Source: Akkermansiaceae bacterium
GTDB taxonomy: Bacteria > Verrucomicrobiota > Verrucomicrobiia > Verrucomicrobiales > Akkermansiaceae
Direction: 5' to 3'
Assembly (NCBI GenBank): GCA_021200315.1
Contig: JAJQGU010000051.1
Span: 3,474 to 67,473, forward strand
Length of the DNA stretch: 64,000 bases
Shown: positions 55,798-64,000 of the stretch, in pieces
How positions within the stretch are numbered: the first letter of the stretch is position 1
How the letters are laid out: every line of letters starts with the position of its first letter
Notes under the pieces: model-generated
The model's database searches: none
Told to the model about the DNA's origin: nothing
What the model saw: the letters and a program-made list of their open reading frames with translations, nothing else
Program-made: the position numbers and the translations under genes

Positions 55798-57312
55798 TTA
55801 ATGCTGCTTGGCGCTGTTTTTTCTGAGCTCCGCCACAAATGGCTGGGCAGGCAATCCCGAGTCGTTCACAAGATTGGGCTCCATGTATGTTTTCCAGCCG
55901 TAGCGCACGGCCACCGGTTTCTGGACGCCCTCAGCCTGCAGTACCAGAGAATCCTTCTGCACATCTTTCACCACGGCCGGTGAAAATTTGCCATTGGATC
56001 CGGCAAGCTCGAACCCTTCGGGGGATCGCCCGTCCGTTGTCTTGAGTCCATCGGCGTGATTGAAATGGACTGTCACCAGCGGCCCATCTGCCTTCATCGA
56101 TTGAAAGGCGGGGCCATAACATCCCACAGACTTTCCGTACACCTCTGCCGCCGCCACATCAGCCAGCCTCCTGCCCACTTCCGCCTTGCGGGGCGGGTGC
56201 ACATTGCTGTCCGTCGAACCGAGATCGAGCGTCGTCACACAATAGACTCCCGGCATCTCATCCGCAGTTTGAGCCTGCACGGCGCGGAATTCCGGCCAGT
56301 ATCTGCGAAGTGCAGTCGAATCGTTGATGCGCGGAAGCTGCACCTGCAGAAAAGGAAGGCCGGGCGAGGAAAACGCCTTGCGCCATGAAACAACGAGATC
56401 CCTGAGCAGTTTTCTGTTCTGCGACATATCCTGAATCTCGGCGTCCGACTCTCCTTGATACCAAATCACGCCGGCGACGGGCAGCTGCGTCCACGGTGCG
56501 ATACCCGTCTCAAACAGAAAAGCCGGCTTGTAGGGGTGAGGCATGTCCCGATCTTTTCCGATGTTCTGTTTGGCCCGCCCGCGTACCCAGGCGGATACAA
56601 ACGGACTTTCAAGCCAGGAAGCGCCGAGGCAGGAGCGGTATTCCCGCTTCAGCGTCTCTTTCGGAATCCATGCTGTCATTTGCGAGCCTCCCAGTGAGGT
56701 GTGGACAACGCCCACGGGAGCATTCAGCTGCTTTTGCAGCTCCTGCCCGAAATAGTACGCCACGGCGGACATGCGGGGAACCGAAGCCGCATTGCAGACG
56801 GCCCATTGTCCCTCATACATTTTTCCTTCCCTCAACGCCTTTTTCTCCTTCTCCCCATAGGCCGCACCATTGGTGTGAACCTGCGGCTCGGCGTGATAAA
56901 ATCGGAAACTGGGGTTGTCCGCCTTCCTGATTTCGGCCGCCCCGTTACCGGGCGTCTGATTCAGGCGAAACAGCATATTCGATTGGCCAGAGGCAATCCA
57001 CACTTCACCAACCACAACATCCTCGAGAACCACGCTTTGATCTCCCTGCTCCACCGTCAGTGTGCGCCCTTCGGATGAAGCGGGCATTGCAGGCAGCACC
57101 GCCCTCCACTTTTTCCCCTTCGTGACAGCTTTTACCTTCTTTCCATCAAAGAGAACTGTGATCGACTTTGACGGAGAATCCGTTGTTCCGAATATGGGGA
57201 TTTCCCTTCCCTGCTGCAGTACCATGTGAGAGCCGAACACCTCGTTCAGCTTCACTGCGGCCTGCGCATGCAGACATGAAACCAGAATCAACAAACCATA
57301 AGTACGCCACAT
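55798..57312 (-). CDS. sialate O-acetylesterase-like (SASA/DUF303) secreted esterase
   Basis: Signal peptide MWRTYGLLILVSCLHAQA. SGNH-like block WIASGQSNM and WYQGESD. Confidence 0.8.
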   Translation of the reverse strand: MWRTYGLLILVSCLHAQAAVKLNEVFGSHMVLQQGREIPIFGTTDSPSKSITVLFDGKKVKAVTKGKKWRAVLPAMPASSEGRTLTVEQGDQSVVLEDVVVGEVWIASGQSNMLFRLNQTPGNGAAEIRKADNPSFRFYHAEPQVHTNGAAYGEKEKKALREGKMYEGQWAVCNAASVPRMSAVAYYFGQELQKQLNAPVGVVHTSLGGSQMTAWIPKETLKREYRSCLGASWLESPFVSAWVRGRAKQNIGKDRDMPHPYKPAFLFETGIAPWTQLPVAGVIWYQGESDAEIQDMSQNRKLLRDLVVSWRKAFSSPGLPFLQVQLPRINDSTALRRYWPEFRAVQAQTADEMPGVYCVTTLDLGSTDSNVHPPRKAEVGRRLADVAAAEVYGKSVGCYGPAFQSMKADGPLVTVHFNHADGLKTTDGRSPEGFELAGSNGKFSPAVVKDVQKDSLVLQAEGVQKPVAVRYGWKTYMEPNLVNDSGLPAQPFVAELRKNSAKQH

Positions 57313-57552
57313 ACGTGATTCATGGAAGCACAAAAAATCCCGGCGGGCAAGCTCAATCCGCGTACAGCATCCGCCCCGCGCCGAAATCGGGCAATATGCA
57401 CCCCGCTTCGATGAATTCGAACGTCGGGAAGAGGAAAAACCGCAGCCTTTCTCCGCGGTTCCCGTATCCGCTGCCGTCTGAAATCTTCTGCGGACATCAA
57501 TTCAAATGCCTGCATGTCGATGCCAGGGACGGTTGAGAGCAGGTTATCTGTC

Positions 57553-58518
57553 TTACGGATGGCGCAGGGCTGCCCGGATTGCGTCGGGCACAGATCTGCG
57601 GCAGTCGGCAAGCGTTCCTTTCATGCGGATGCCCGCCGCCAGCGTATGTCCCCCTCCGCCGAAACGAGCGGCAATTTCAGCCACACTCACGCGAGCATCC
57701 TTCGAACGCGGAGAAACGCGGATCACGCCATTCTCAAGATCGTCAAAGATTGCTGCAATCTTCACATTCTGAATGGCGCGAATATCCTCCACGAGATCCT
57801 TCGTCTCCTCCCAGCCAGCGCCGAACCTTTCCCTCGTCCCTGCATCCATGCTGTAGTGGACAAGGGCTCCGCCCTCCTCCAGCACCATGTTGTTGAGCAC
57901 CTCGCGGCGAACGATGACACCCCCCAACGGCTCTTCGTCATATAAATGCGCGTTGACTCCCATCACATCCACCCCGCATTCCATCAGGTCGGCCGCCGCC
58001 CGCATCACTGCTGGCGTCGTCTCATGATGGTGGGCGGAAAAAGAACCGGTATCCGTGCTGATGGCCGTGTAGAGAGCGGTCGCGACAGCGGGTGTGATAC
58101 TCCAATCCATCTCGCGGAACATCCTGTAGAGAACAAAGCCGCAGGCCGCCGCCGCATCTTCCACGATATTGATGTGGCCGTAGCGTTTATTGGTCTCGTG
58201 ATGGTCAATGTTCACGACGCAGGGAGTTTCGGCGAAGGCATGCATGGCTCGGTCGCCAATGCGCTTCCAATCGCCGGTATCAAGGCAAATGAGCATATTC
58301 ATGTCCGCCGGCCTTTCCACAGGCACGGTCTCCACCAATTCCGAACCCTCGAGAAAGGCGAAGCGCTTCATCATGCCGTCTTCATTAAAAAATCCCTGAG
58401 CCCGCAGAGCGAGTCCCATGGCCAGCGTGGAGCCGATTGCGTCGCCATCCGGCCGGAAATGTGAGATGACACCAATGTGAGAATGGGCGTCAAGCGCCTG
58501 AAGAAATTCTTCATTCAT
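57553..58518 (-). CDS. nrnA: DHH/DHHA1 phosphoesterase (NrnA-like oligoribonuclease/pAp phosphatase)
   Basis: HFRPDGDAIGS, NIDHHETN, FGGGGHTLAAG. ATG at 58518. Confidence 0.85.
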   Translation of the reverse strand: MNEEFLQALDAHSHIGVISHFRPDGDAIGSTLAMGLALRAQGFFNEDGMMKRFAFLEGSELVETVPVERPADMNMLICLDTGDWKRIGDRAMHAFAETPCVVNIDHHETNKRYGHINIVEDAAAACGFVLYRMFREMDWSITPAVATALYTAISTDTGSFSAHHHETTPAVMRAAADLMECGVDVMGVNAHLYDEEPLGGVIVRREVLNNMVLEEGGALVHYSMDAGTRERFGAGWEETKDLVEDIRAIQNVKIAAIFDDLENGVIRVSPRSKDARVSVAEIAARFGGGGHTLAAGIRMKGTLADCRRSVPDAIRAALRHP

Positions 58519-58654
58519 GCCCGGAGCGCTATATCTCCTCTCTGCCCCAACAGCAACAGGAAATATCGAACCCGCACACATCCCTTGAAGATGGAAGCGG
58601 GCTCATGCGCTTCTTTCTTCCGCTGACTTTTGTCGATACTCGCATCACGTCGTC

Positions 58655-59713
58655 TCAATTCGCCCTCTCTTCAGACGAATCAAACGCGGGAGCGTCCGGC
58701 TGAAGAACGGGCGGATACGCCGGAGCTGAAGCGTCGGAAGCTTCCGTTCCCACAGAGCTCGGGGATGGTGTGTCAGAGCTGTTCTCCGGGAGAGATATAT
58801 GAATGTCTCTCTGCGTGGGGGCGGTCACAGTGGGCTGGGCGGCGGCTGTCGTTTCGACATTTTCGTTCCCATCGCTCACGGGGATGGCGGCCGGCTGCGT
58901 CCGTGCGGGAGCGGATCCTCCCGAAGCGCGTCGGCCGGCGGCAATCAGCTCAGAAACGGTCACAAGGCGGAAGCCTCTTTCCTGCAAACCTTTCACAATT
59001 CCTTCAATGGCGTCGGCCGTGGACGGGTGAATGTCATGCACGAGAATGATGGAACCGGATTTAGCACCATTCACCGCACGATTGATTACCGTCTGCACGC
59101 CCGGCTTGCGCCAGTCATTGGTGTCCACATCCCACAGGATGGCCGGGGTGCCGTATTGGGAATATATGAAACTGAGCAGTGACGCGTTCACAGCTCCATA
59201 GGGCGGGCGCATCAATGCTGGCGCTTTTCCTGTGGCGCTGCGGATAACCTCGCTCGTGCGTGAGAGTTCGGAGGCTACCTTCTCGCGATTCAAAGAGGTG
59301 AGTTTGGGATGGGACCAACTGTGGCTGGCGATTTCATGTCCGGACGAGGCAGCGCGGTTCAAAATGGAAGGCATGCGGACGGCGTTCTGCCCCAGCACAA
59401 AGAAAGTCCCCTTGGCGCCGCGGCGATCGAGAATGTCGAGAATGCGGGGAGTAAGCGAAGCGTGAGGGCCGTCGTCAAAGGTCAGGGCAACAAGTTTGTC
59501 CGGCACGCTCACGCGGCTGATTCGAATGCCGGGATTCTGCGGCACAAAAGGATGTTCCGGGGAGGGAGCTTTTTCCTGCCTTGCCTGGGGTGCGGCGACG
59601 GGAGGCGGGGCGGAGCCGGCTGTCTCCGCTTCTCTGCCTTCTCGGCACGAGATCAATCCCAACATACAAACGGCCAGAGCCGCAATCCATAAGTTCTGTC
59701 TTTCCGCGTTCAT
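58655..59713 (-). CDS. polysaccharide deacetylase (CE4) lipoprotein
   Basis: Lipoprotein signal MNAERQNLWIAALAVCMLGLISC. NodB motifs LTFDDGPH and HSWSHP. Confidence 0.85.
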   Translation of the reverse strand: MNAERQNLWIAALAVCMLGLISCREGREAETAGSAPPPVAAPQARQEKAPSPEHPFVPQNPGIRISRVSVPDKLVALTFDDGPHASLTPRILDILDRRGAKGTFFVLGQNAVRMPSILNRAASSGHEIASHSWSHPKLTSLNREKVASELSRTSEVIRSATGKAPALMRPPYGAVNASLLSFIYSQYGTPAILWDVDTNDWRKPGVQTVINRAVNGAKSGSIILVHDIHPSTADAIEGIVKGLQERGFRLVTVSELIAAGRRASGGSAPARTQPAAIPVSDGNENVETTAAAQPTVTAPTQRDIHISLPENSSDTPSPSSVGTEASDASAPAYPPVLQPDAPAFDSSEERAN

Positions 59714-59779
59714 AGCAGGGGCGCACATTCTATCTCTCCGGCGGCAGGCATGCAATCCTTTTTCCTCAAGCGGCCGTAA

Positions 59780-60586
59780 TCACGGCAACTGCCATGACGA
59801 ACGCAAGCGCACGTATTCTGCGCCGGGCAGAAGAATGTACACAGGGTGCGACTCGGGGCGGAGACGTTGAAGGAAGGAGCGCAGGTTACTCTCGGACATC
59901 GATGTGCACCCGGCTGTAGCCGCCCTGCCCTCCCTGCGCCAAATGTGAAAGAAAATGGAAGAGCCGGCTCCACGCACAGGCCGTCCGTTGGTCTCTTGAG
60001 TGTTGTGGCATATTAAAAGCTTGATGCTGTGAGCGTAGTCATTGAGCCTCATCATTTCTTTTTTTTCCCACGGGGTGGAGGCGGGGTGGTTGAGGCGCAC
60101 ATGGCGGTTGTAGTATGGCGAGGCGACATCCGACACCCACAGATCCCGATCGCACACGCGCACCACAGGTATGCCCCTGGCAACCTTCACGTCATTTCGG
60201 GTAGTCCACAACCCGCCAATGGCGAAAATACCGGCGGGAGATCGGCCGTCGCCTTCTCTTTTCACAGCGCATCCCTTCGGGTTGGCATGCAGACCCAACC
60301 CCCATACAAGCCCTTTTTCGCCCAATCGCCCGGGGACGGGACCCATCACACGCTTCCAGCGGCCGGCCTCCTTTTCAACAAAAGAGAGCTGCACTTGCGA
60401 ACTGTCCCATCCGTCGGCGATGCCGATTATCGCCTGTGCGGTCTCTGCTGGAAGAGCGTGTGCAGACAAGGAAAAGAACGGCAGAAAAAAACAAAAAAGA
60501 AAAGCCCTCACGGGAGGGATTATAATGCATTCCGCATCTCCTGTCAAAAGAGAAGCGAGGGGCTCTCCGCCCGAGAAAAAACGCAT
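59780..60586 (-). CDS. L,D-transpeptidase-fold (YkuD-like) secreted protein
   Basis: C-terminal SSIFFHIW..RAATAGCTSM matches the His..Gly-Cys catalytic arrangement. A signal-like VRAFLFCFFLPFFSLSAHA is present. The start is uncertain (ATGs at 60586, 60613, 60724). Confidence 0.65.
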   Translation of the reverse strand: MRFFSGGEPLASLLTGDAECIIIPPVRAFLFCFFLPFFSLSAHALPAETAQAIIGIADGWDSSQVQLSFVEKEAGRWKRVMGPVPGRLGEKGLVWGLGLHANPKGCAVKREGDGRSPAGIFAIGGLWTTRNDVKVARGIPVVRVCDRDLWVSDVASPYYNRHVRLNHPASTPWEKKEMMRLNDYAHSIKLLICHNTQETNGRPVRGAGSSIFFHIWRREGRAATAGCTSMSESNLRSFLQRLRPESHPVYILLPGAEYVRLRSSWQLP

Positions 60587-60792
60587 CTTTTTGGGTGGAG
60601 AATGAGCGCGCATCTTCTCGCCAAAAGCATCCGCATGCAGGCAGCCTGCTTTTGACAAAAAAGGAAGAATCCGTTTGGAACCGCCGGCGCCCGCAGATGA
60701 GCATCGGGGAAACGGGCTCGACATACGGCTGAAGACGTGATATCAAAGGAAACCGCCAGCGGCAAAATGGGAAAATTGCCGCTGAACTTCAC

Positions 60793-61104
60793 ATGACTGA
60801 CTCATCCACTTCCACCGCCTCCCTCACCGTCGCCGCCCGCCTATGGCGCAATGGCGTCATGGTATTCGGTGCGCTCACGCTCAATCCGAAAGCGATGAGT
60901 TTCTCCACCGCCTCCGGCAATGTCGCGGAAGAACTGGCGAAAGTGCCGGTCGCTTCCATCGCCGAAGTTTCTAAATACAATACATATTTATTCATCCCCA
61001 ATGGGATATTGATACTTCTCAAAAACGGAGAAACCCTCCAGCTCATCATCTCCGAACGGACTCGGCTTCTCCGCTATCTCCGCGCACTGCGTCCGGAACT
61101 TTGA
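60793..61104 (+). CDS. hypothetical small protein
   Basis: 103-aa ORF with ordinary composition. No family recognised. Confidence 0.4.
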   Translation: MTDSSTSTASLTVAARLWRNGVMVFGALTLNPKAMSFSTASGNVAEELAKVPVASIAEVSKYNTYLFIPNGILILLKNGETLQLIISERTRLLRYLRALRPEL

Positions 61105-61288
61105 GATTTGCCCGGCATAATTGTTCCCGTCTCGAGTCCCTTACAGATGCGCAATCTTCTCCTATAGCTCCTCTATTTTCCTGCGTACGCCCAACGGCAG
61201 GATGAAATTCACAGGATTGAGCAAAACGGAAAGATGCGTACAATAAATTTGCCGACGAAGACATATTTGCATAGAAGATAAAAATATT

Positions 61289-61318
61289 TTGACTTAGAGC
61301 CGCTGTAACATATATAAT
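61289..61318 (+). promoter_or_regulatory. sigma70-type promoter upstream of the flavodoxin-like gene
   Basis: Near-consensus -35 TTGACT (5/6 match to TTGACA) and consensus -10 TATAAT, separated by 18 nt, about 70 nt upstream of the ATG at 61390. Confidence 0.5.
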
Positions 61319-61389
61319 AAAGAGCGGATCGGGGAATTCCGTCTTCCGCTCTTCCGGGCAGGCGGAGTTTCCAATCATTCACTCACAGT

Positions 61390-61950
61390 ATGAAAAAATC
61401 ATCCGTCCTCAGCCTCGCGGCGGCTGCACTTTCAAGCGTTTGCCCTGCCGAAAACGCTTCCCCGCAAAAAGTGCTCGTGGCCTACTATTCCTATAGCGGC
61501 AACACACGCTGTGCCGCGGAGCAGATACAAAAGGCAACCAATGGCGCACTCTTCGAGATAGAACCAGTAAAGCCATATCCTTCCATTTATAAAGAATGCA
61601 CGAATCAGGCTCTGAACGATATTCATGCCGGACGGCGTCCCGAACTCAAAGGCAGAGTGATCGATTTCAACCAGTACGAGGTGATTTACGTGGGCACGCC
61701 AAACTGGTGGAGTACGATTGCTCCGCCTGTAGCCACTTTTCTCACCAGTTACGATTTTTCGGGCAAGACGATCATTCCTTTTGTCACCCATGGAGGAGGA
61801 GGTATGGCCAACTGCGAACGCGATATGAAGAAATTGACTTCCGGAAAGGCCATTTTCCTGAAGGGACGCGCTTTTGCCGGCTCGGGTATCCAAAGCTCCA
61901 GTGAGGCCGTGTTCCGGTGGGCTCAATCTGTTCTCCCCTCCCGAAAGTAA
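61390..61950 (+). CDS. flavodoxin-like protein with N-terminal signal peptide
   Basis: MKKSSVLSLAAAALSSVCPA is followed by VLVAYYSYSGNTRCAAEQI..VGTPNWW..IPFVTHGGGG, a flavodoxin_4-like pattern. Confidence 0.75.
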   Translation: MKKSSVLSLAAAALSSVCPAENASPQKVLVAYYSYSGNTRCAAEQIQKATNGALFEIEPVKPYPSIYKECTNQALNDIHAGRRPELKGRVIDFNQYEVIYVGTPNWWSTIAPPVATFLTSYDFSGKTIIPFVTHGGGGMANCERDMKKLTSGKAIFLKGRAFAGSGIQSSSEAVFRWAQSVLPSRK

Positions 61951-62037
61951 TGAGCAGGAAATGATTTCTCTTATGTCACCGACAGCGGAGAGAGCTTATT
62001 GGTGCGCTGCCGCACAAGAGGTGCGTTTATCGATATT

Positions 62038-62526
62038 TCAGCGGCTAGGCTCCGGCAGTGTGCTTTTTATACTGCTGTTTAATGGATTGCAGAAATCAAA
62101 ACGCTGGTGGCGGAGCAAGTCTCGATAGTAGTTTTTCTTGTATCTGAGCACCTCCATCTGCTTTTTGAGAGCACGTATTTGCTCGCGCAGGATTTTCTCT
62201 TGGTCGAAAACGATTGCCGCCCGTTCAGGAATGGTGGCGTCCCCCTTCCGACAAAGCTCAATATAGTGTCTCACGCCTTCAATGGATAGCCCCGTGGCGC
62301 GCAGACAATGCACCACGCGCAACCAACTTAGCGTGTAGTCTGAAAACAAACGGGCGCCGCCGGTGCCGCGCTCCACATCGGGAATGAGTCCCACATTCTC
62401 ATAATAGCGCACTGTGTAGGCGGAGAGCCCCATCATTTCCGCCACTTGCTTCACCGTGTATTTGGGTGTACGATCCTGCGGGGAATTGAGGGAAGTTAAG
62501 TGTGTTTTTGTTGATTTTCCAGCCAT
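62038..62526 (-). CDS. MerR family transcriptional regulator
   Basis: HTH YTVKQVAEMMGLSAYTVRYYENVGLIP followed by a coiled-coil dimerisation helix. Confidence 0.85.
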   Translation of the reverse strand: MAGKSTKTHLTSLNSPQDRTPKYTVKQVAEMMGLSAYTVRYYENVGLIPDVERGTGGARLFSDYTLSWLRVVHCLRATGLSIEGVRHYIELCRKGDATIPERAAIVFDQEKILREQIRALKKQMEVLRYKKNYYRDLLRHQRFDFCNPLNSSIKSTLPEPSR

Positions 62527-62694
62527 TATTAGGAGCGTTCATCATACATTGCCTCATGCGGCAAAGCAAGCTTTTTGTCTGCTGTCCGCAGACTCTGCGC
62601 CGTTTTGAATACATCTGCAAAATGCTTGACTTCGCCCCCTAATTGGGTTAGATGTGGACGGTCGGATTGTTTCTGCCGTCCGGTTTTTACAGCC

Positions 62695-64000
62695 ATGAAT
62701 ATGCATCCTATTTTTCTTTTTGTCTGCATCTTGCTTGGTGCGGGCACAGTCTGTCTGTCCGGCGCTCCGTTCCCCACTCCGGAAGAATTGAGGGAGGCTC
62801 AGCTCGCTTCGCGCAAAGCCATTCCCATCGCTCCGGAGACCTTGGAAAAAATAAACCAATATGTGGGCTGCAAGCTTGCCCTCGCCACGCGCCACCGTCT
62901 GTACGGACTTCCCGTCTTCGACGAACAGCTCTTTCTCAAAAGTTTTCGAGAGGAGAGCCGGACTCCGTCCTCTGCACAGGCGAATGAACAAATGCTCCAA
63001 TCTCTCTTCTCGTTGGAAGACAAACTCCAAGACTTGGCGGCGCAACGCATGAAAAAAGCGGAAGAGCATTTCCTGAGCGAGAACAGAAAAAAGGAAGGAG
63101 TCCGCACTCTCGAGAACGGTCTGCAGTATATTGTGCAACAAATGTCTGATGATAAGCAGAATATGCCAATTACACGAGCGGACATGCTCTTCGCCTCGGA
63201 TCTTACGGGACAGTTGTTCTACGCTACCCGCATTGGGGATGACGGCTTGACGGACATGAACGATCTTCCGCCATGCATCGCTGAAATATCCGGCGATCTG
63301 CCCCCGGGGCATTCGTGGACATTCTACATCCCCCGCCCGTTGCTCGAAGATGAAAACCCGCCCATTCCCGACATCTGCGGCGTGCTCGTGCTCACCTTCC
63401 GTACGAATAACTCCCTTCAGTGGGAGAACCACTGGGAACAGACGGGACGGCCGCCTGTAATTCCGTCAGGAGTTCAGCTTCCGGATCCCGGCATTTCCGA
63501 TGGGCTCCGCCGGCTCGTATCAGAGACGCTCGGCCGATTTCTGGCTTGCCTCTGCACCGGAACCCGGAACGATCTCTTCCGGGAAATTGGCATCGACATA
63601 TTGGATGTGAACCCTCAAACGCTCGCGGCAACATATGCCGAGATGCTCCGGCGCCCATTGCTTTTTCAAGGCGTCGAAGCCTACCGCGACATCGAAGAGC
63701 AATACGAAAAATTTGTGGAAGATTACCGCCGCCTCCACCGCATCCGCATGGCTGAAAGGGATCGCATCCTCTTGGAGCGCCATGCGGCCTGCCCTGGCGT
63801 GACTGCCGCTCCCGGAGGCATATACTGCGAAAGCGTCCGATCGGACAAGGCAGAAGAGAATCACTCTTTTGAAGCATCGACCTGCGTAAAAATAGGAACT
63901 CTCTCTTCCCACTTGATGAGCCGCATGGCCAGCCCCGCCGCTTTTTCATGGCGCGCAAAGCTCCCCCCACTGCCTGACGGCATTTCTTGGATCATATACG
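62695..64000 (+). CDS. FKBP/Mip-like secreted protein, partial (runs off window end)
   Basis: This ORF is not in the supplied track because it is open at the 3' end. Translating by hand from the ATG at 62695 gives MNMHPIFLFVCILLGAGTVCLSG.. (signal). It continues ..KKAEEHFLSENRKKEGVRTLENGLQYIVQQ.. (Mip/FkpA junction motif), then ..HSWTFYIPRPL.. with no stop up to 64000. Confidence 0.6.
   Translation, partial: MNMHPIFLFVCILLGAGTVCLSGAPFPTPEELREAQLASRKAIPIAPETLEKINQYVGCKLALATRHRLYGLPVFDEQLFLKSFREESRTPSSAQANEQMLQSLFSLEDKLQDLAAQRMKKAEEHFLSENRKKEGVRTLENGLQYIVQQMSDDKQNMPITRADMLFASDLTGQLFYATRIGDDGLTDMNDLPPCIAEISGDLPPGHSWTFYIPRPLLEDENPPIPDICGVLVLTFRTNNSLQWENHWEQTGRPPVIPSGVQLPDPGISDGLRRLVSETLGRFLACLCTGTRNDLFREIGIDILDVNPQTLAATYAEMLRRPLLFQGVEAYRDIEEQYEKFVEDYRRLHRIRMAERDRILLERHAACPGVTAAPGGIYCESVRSDKAEENHSFEASTCVKIGTLSSHLMSRMASPAAFSWRAKLPPLPDGISWIIY

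Noticed and set aside
60059-60066. A T8/A8 homopolymer inside the L,D-transpeptidase-like gene, as a contingency locus.
   Set aside because: The reading frame is intact (..WEKKEMM..). A single 8-mer in coding DNA is not enough to claim phase variation.
62554-63432. A 292-aa minus-strand ORF.
   Set aside because: It is antisense to the open-ended FKBP/Mip-like ORF, which has a signal peptide and family motifs. The minus-strand product has no features.
1-64000. A CRISPR array, rRNA genes, an integrase/transposase, or a complete prophage.
   Set aside because: I saw no regularly spaced direct repeats with unique spacers, no rRNA-like conserved stretches and no recombinase-like ORF. Only one tRNA was found.

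Overview
All calls come from reading the sequence and translated ORFs and recalling motifs; no alignments, HMMs or folding were run. The window is a gene-dense, roughly 60% G+C bacterial chromosomal segment. Gene content (type III glutamine synthetase, sialate O-acetylesterase, bactofilins, few Shine-Dalgarno sites) suggests a Verrucomicrobiota/Akkermansia-like genome; this is inference only. Most of it is housekeeping. This includes nuoA, a glnN-gltB nitrogen-assimilation block with a sigma54-type promoter, a sulfonate/nitrate-type ABC transporter, ybeY/pgpH, metG, purD, tRNA-Ser(CGA), purH, pdxJ-acpS and dnaA with a probable oriC. It also includes thiL, rubrerythrin, pyrE, gloA, nagZ, tatC, a TetR regulator, an OmpR/histidine-kinase pair, nrnA and cell-wall enzymes. 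Three compositionally deviant accessory patches stand out. (1) At 14.9-16.0 kb, a decayed RHS/YD-repeat fragment abuts a ~0.6 kb AT-rich cassette carrying one orphan ORF. (2) At 31.0-34.4 kb, an integrase-less remnant sits 3' of tRNA-Ser, splits purD from purH, and encodes a phage/ICE 'polyvalent protein'-like toxin candidate (BECR-nuclease-like plus ART-like modules) with an unusual two-ORF junction. (3) At 43.2-46.2 kb, a degraded glycan locus holds a variant PP-loop protein, a doubly frameshifted wzx, and twin 19-bp palindromes. The best candidates for something undescribed are the polyvalent toxin-like module and a tightly packed bactofilin / Zn-ribbon-bactofilin / truncated-UvrA-paralogue / HAD-NUDIX gene string; neither is proven. 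No CRISPR array, rRNA or intact mobile element was seen. Many long ORFs in the track are antisense or alternate-frame shadows typical of high-GC DNA. Several track 'M' starts are TTG/GTG codons, so I moved starts where an ATG and homology argue for it.
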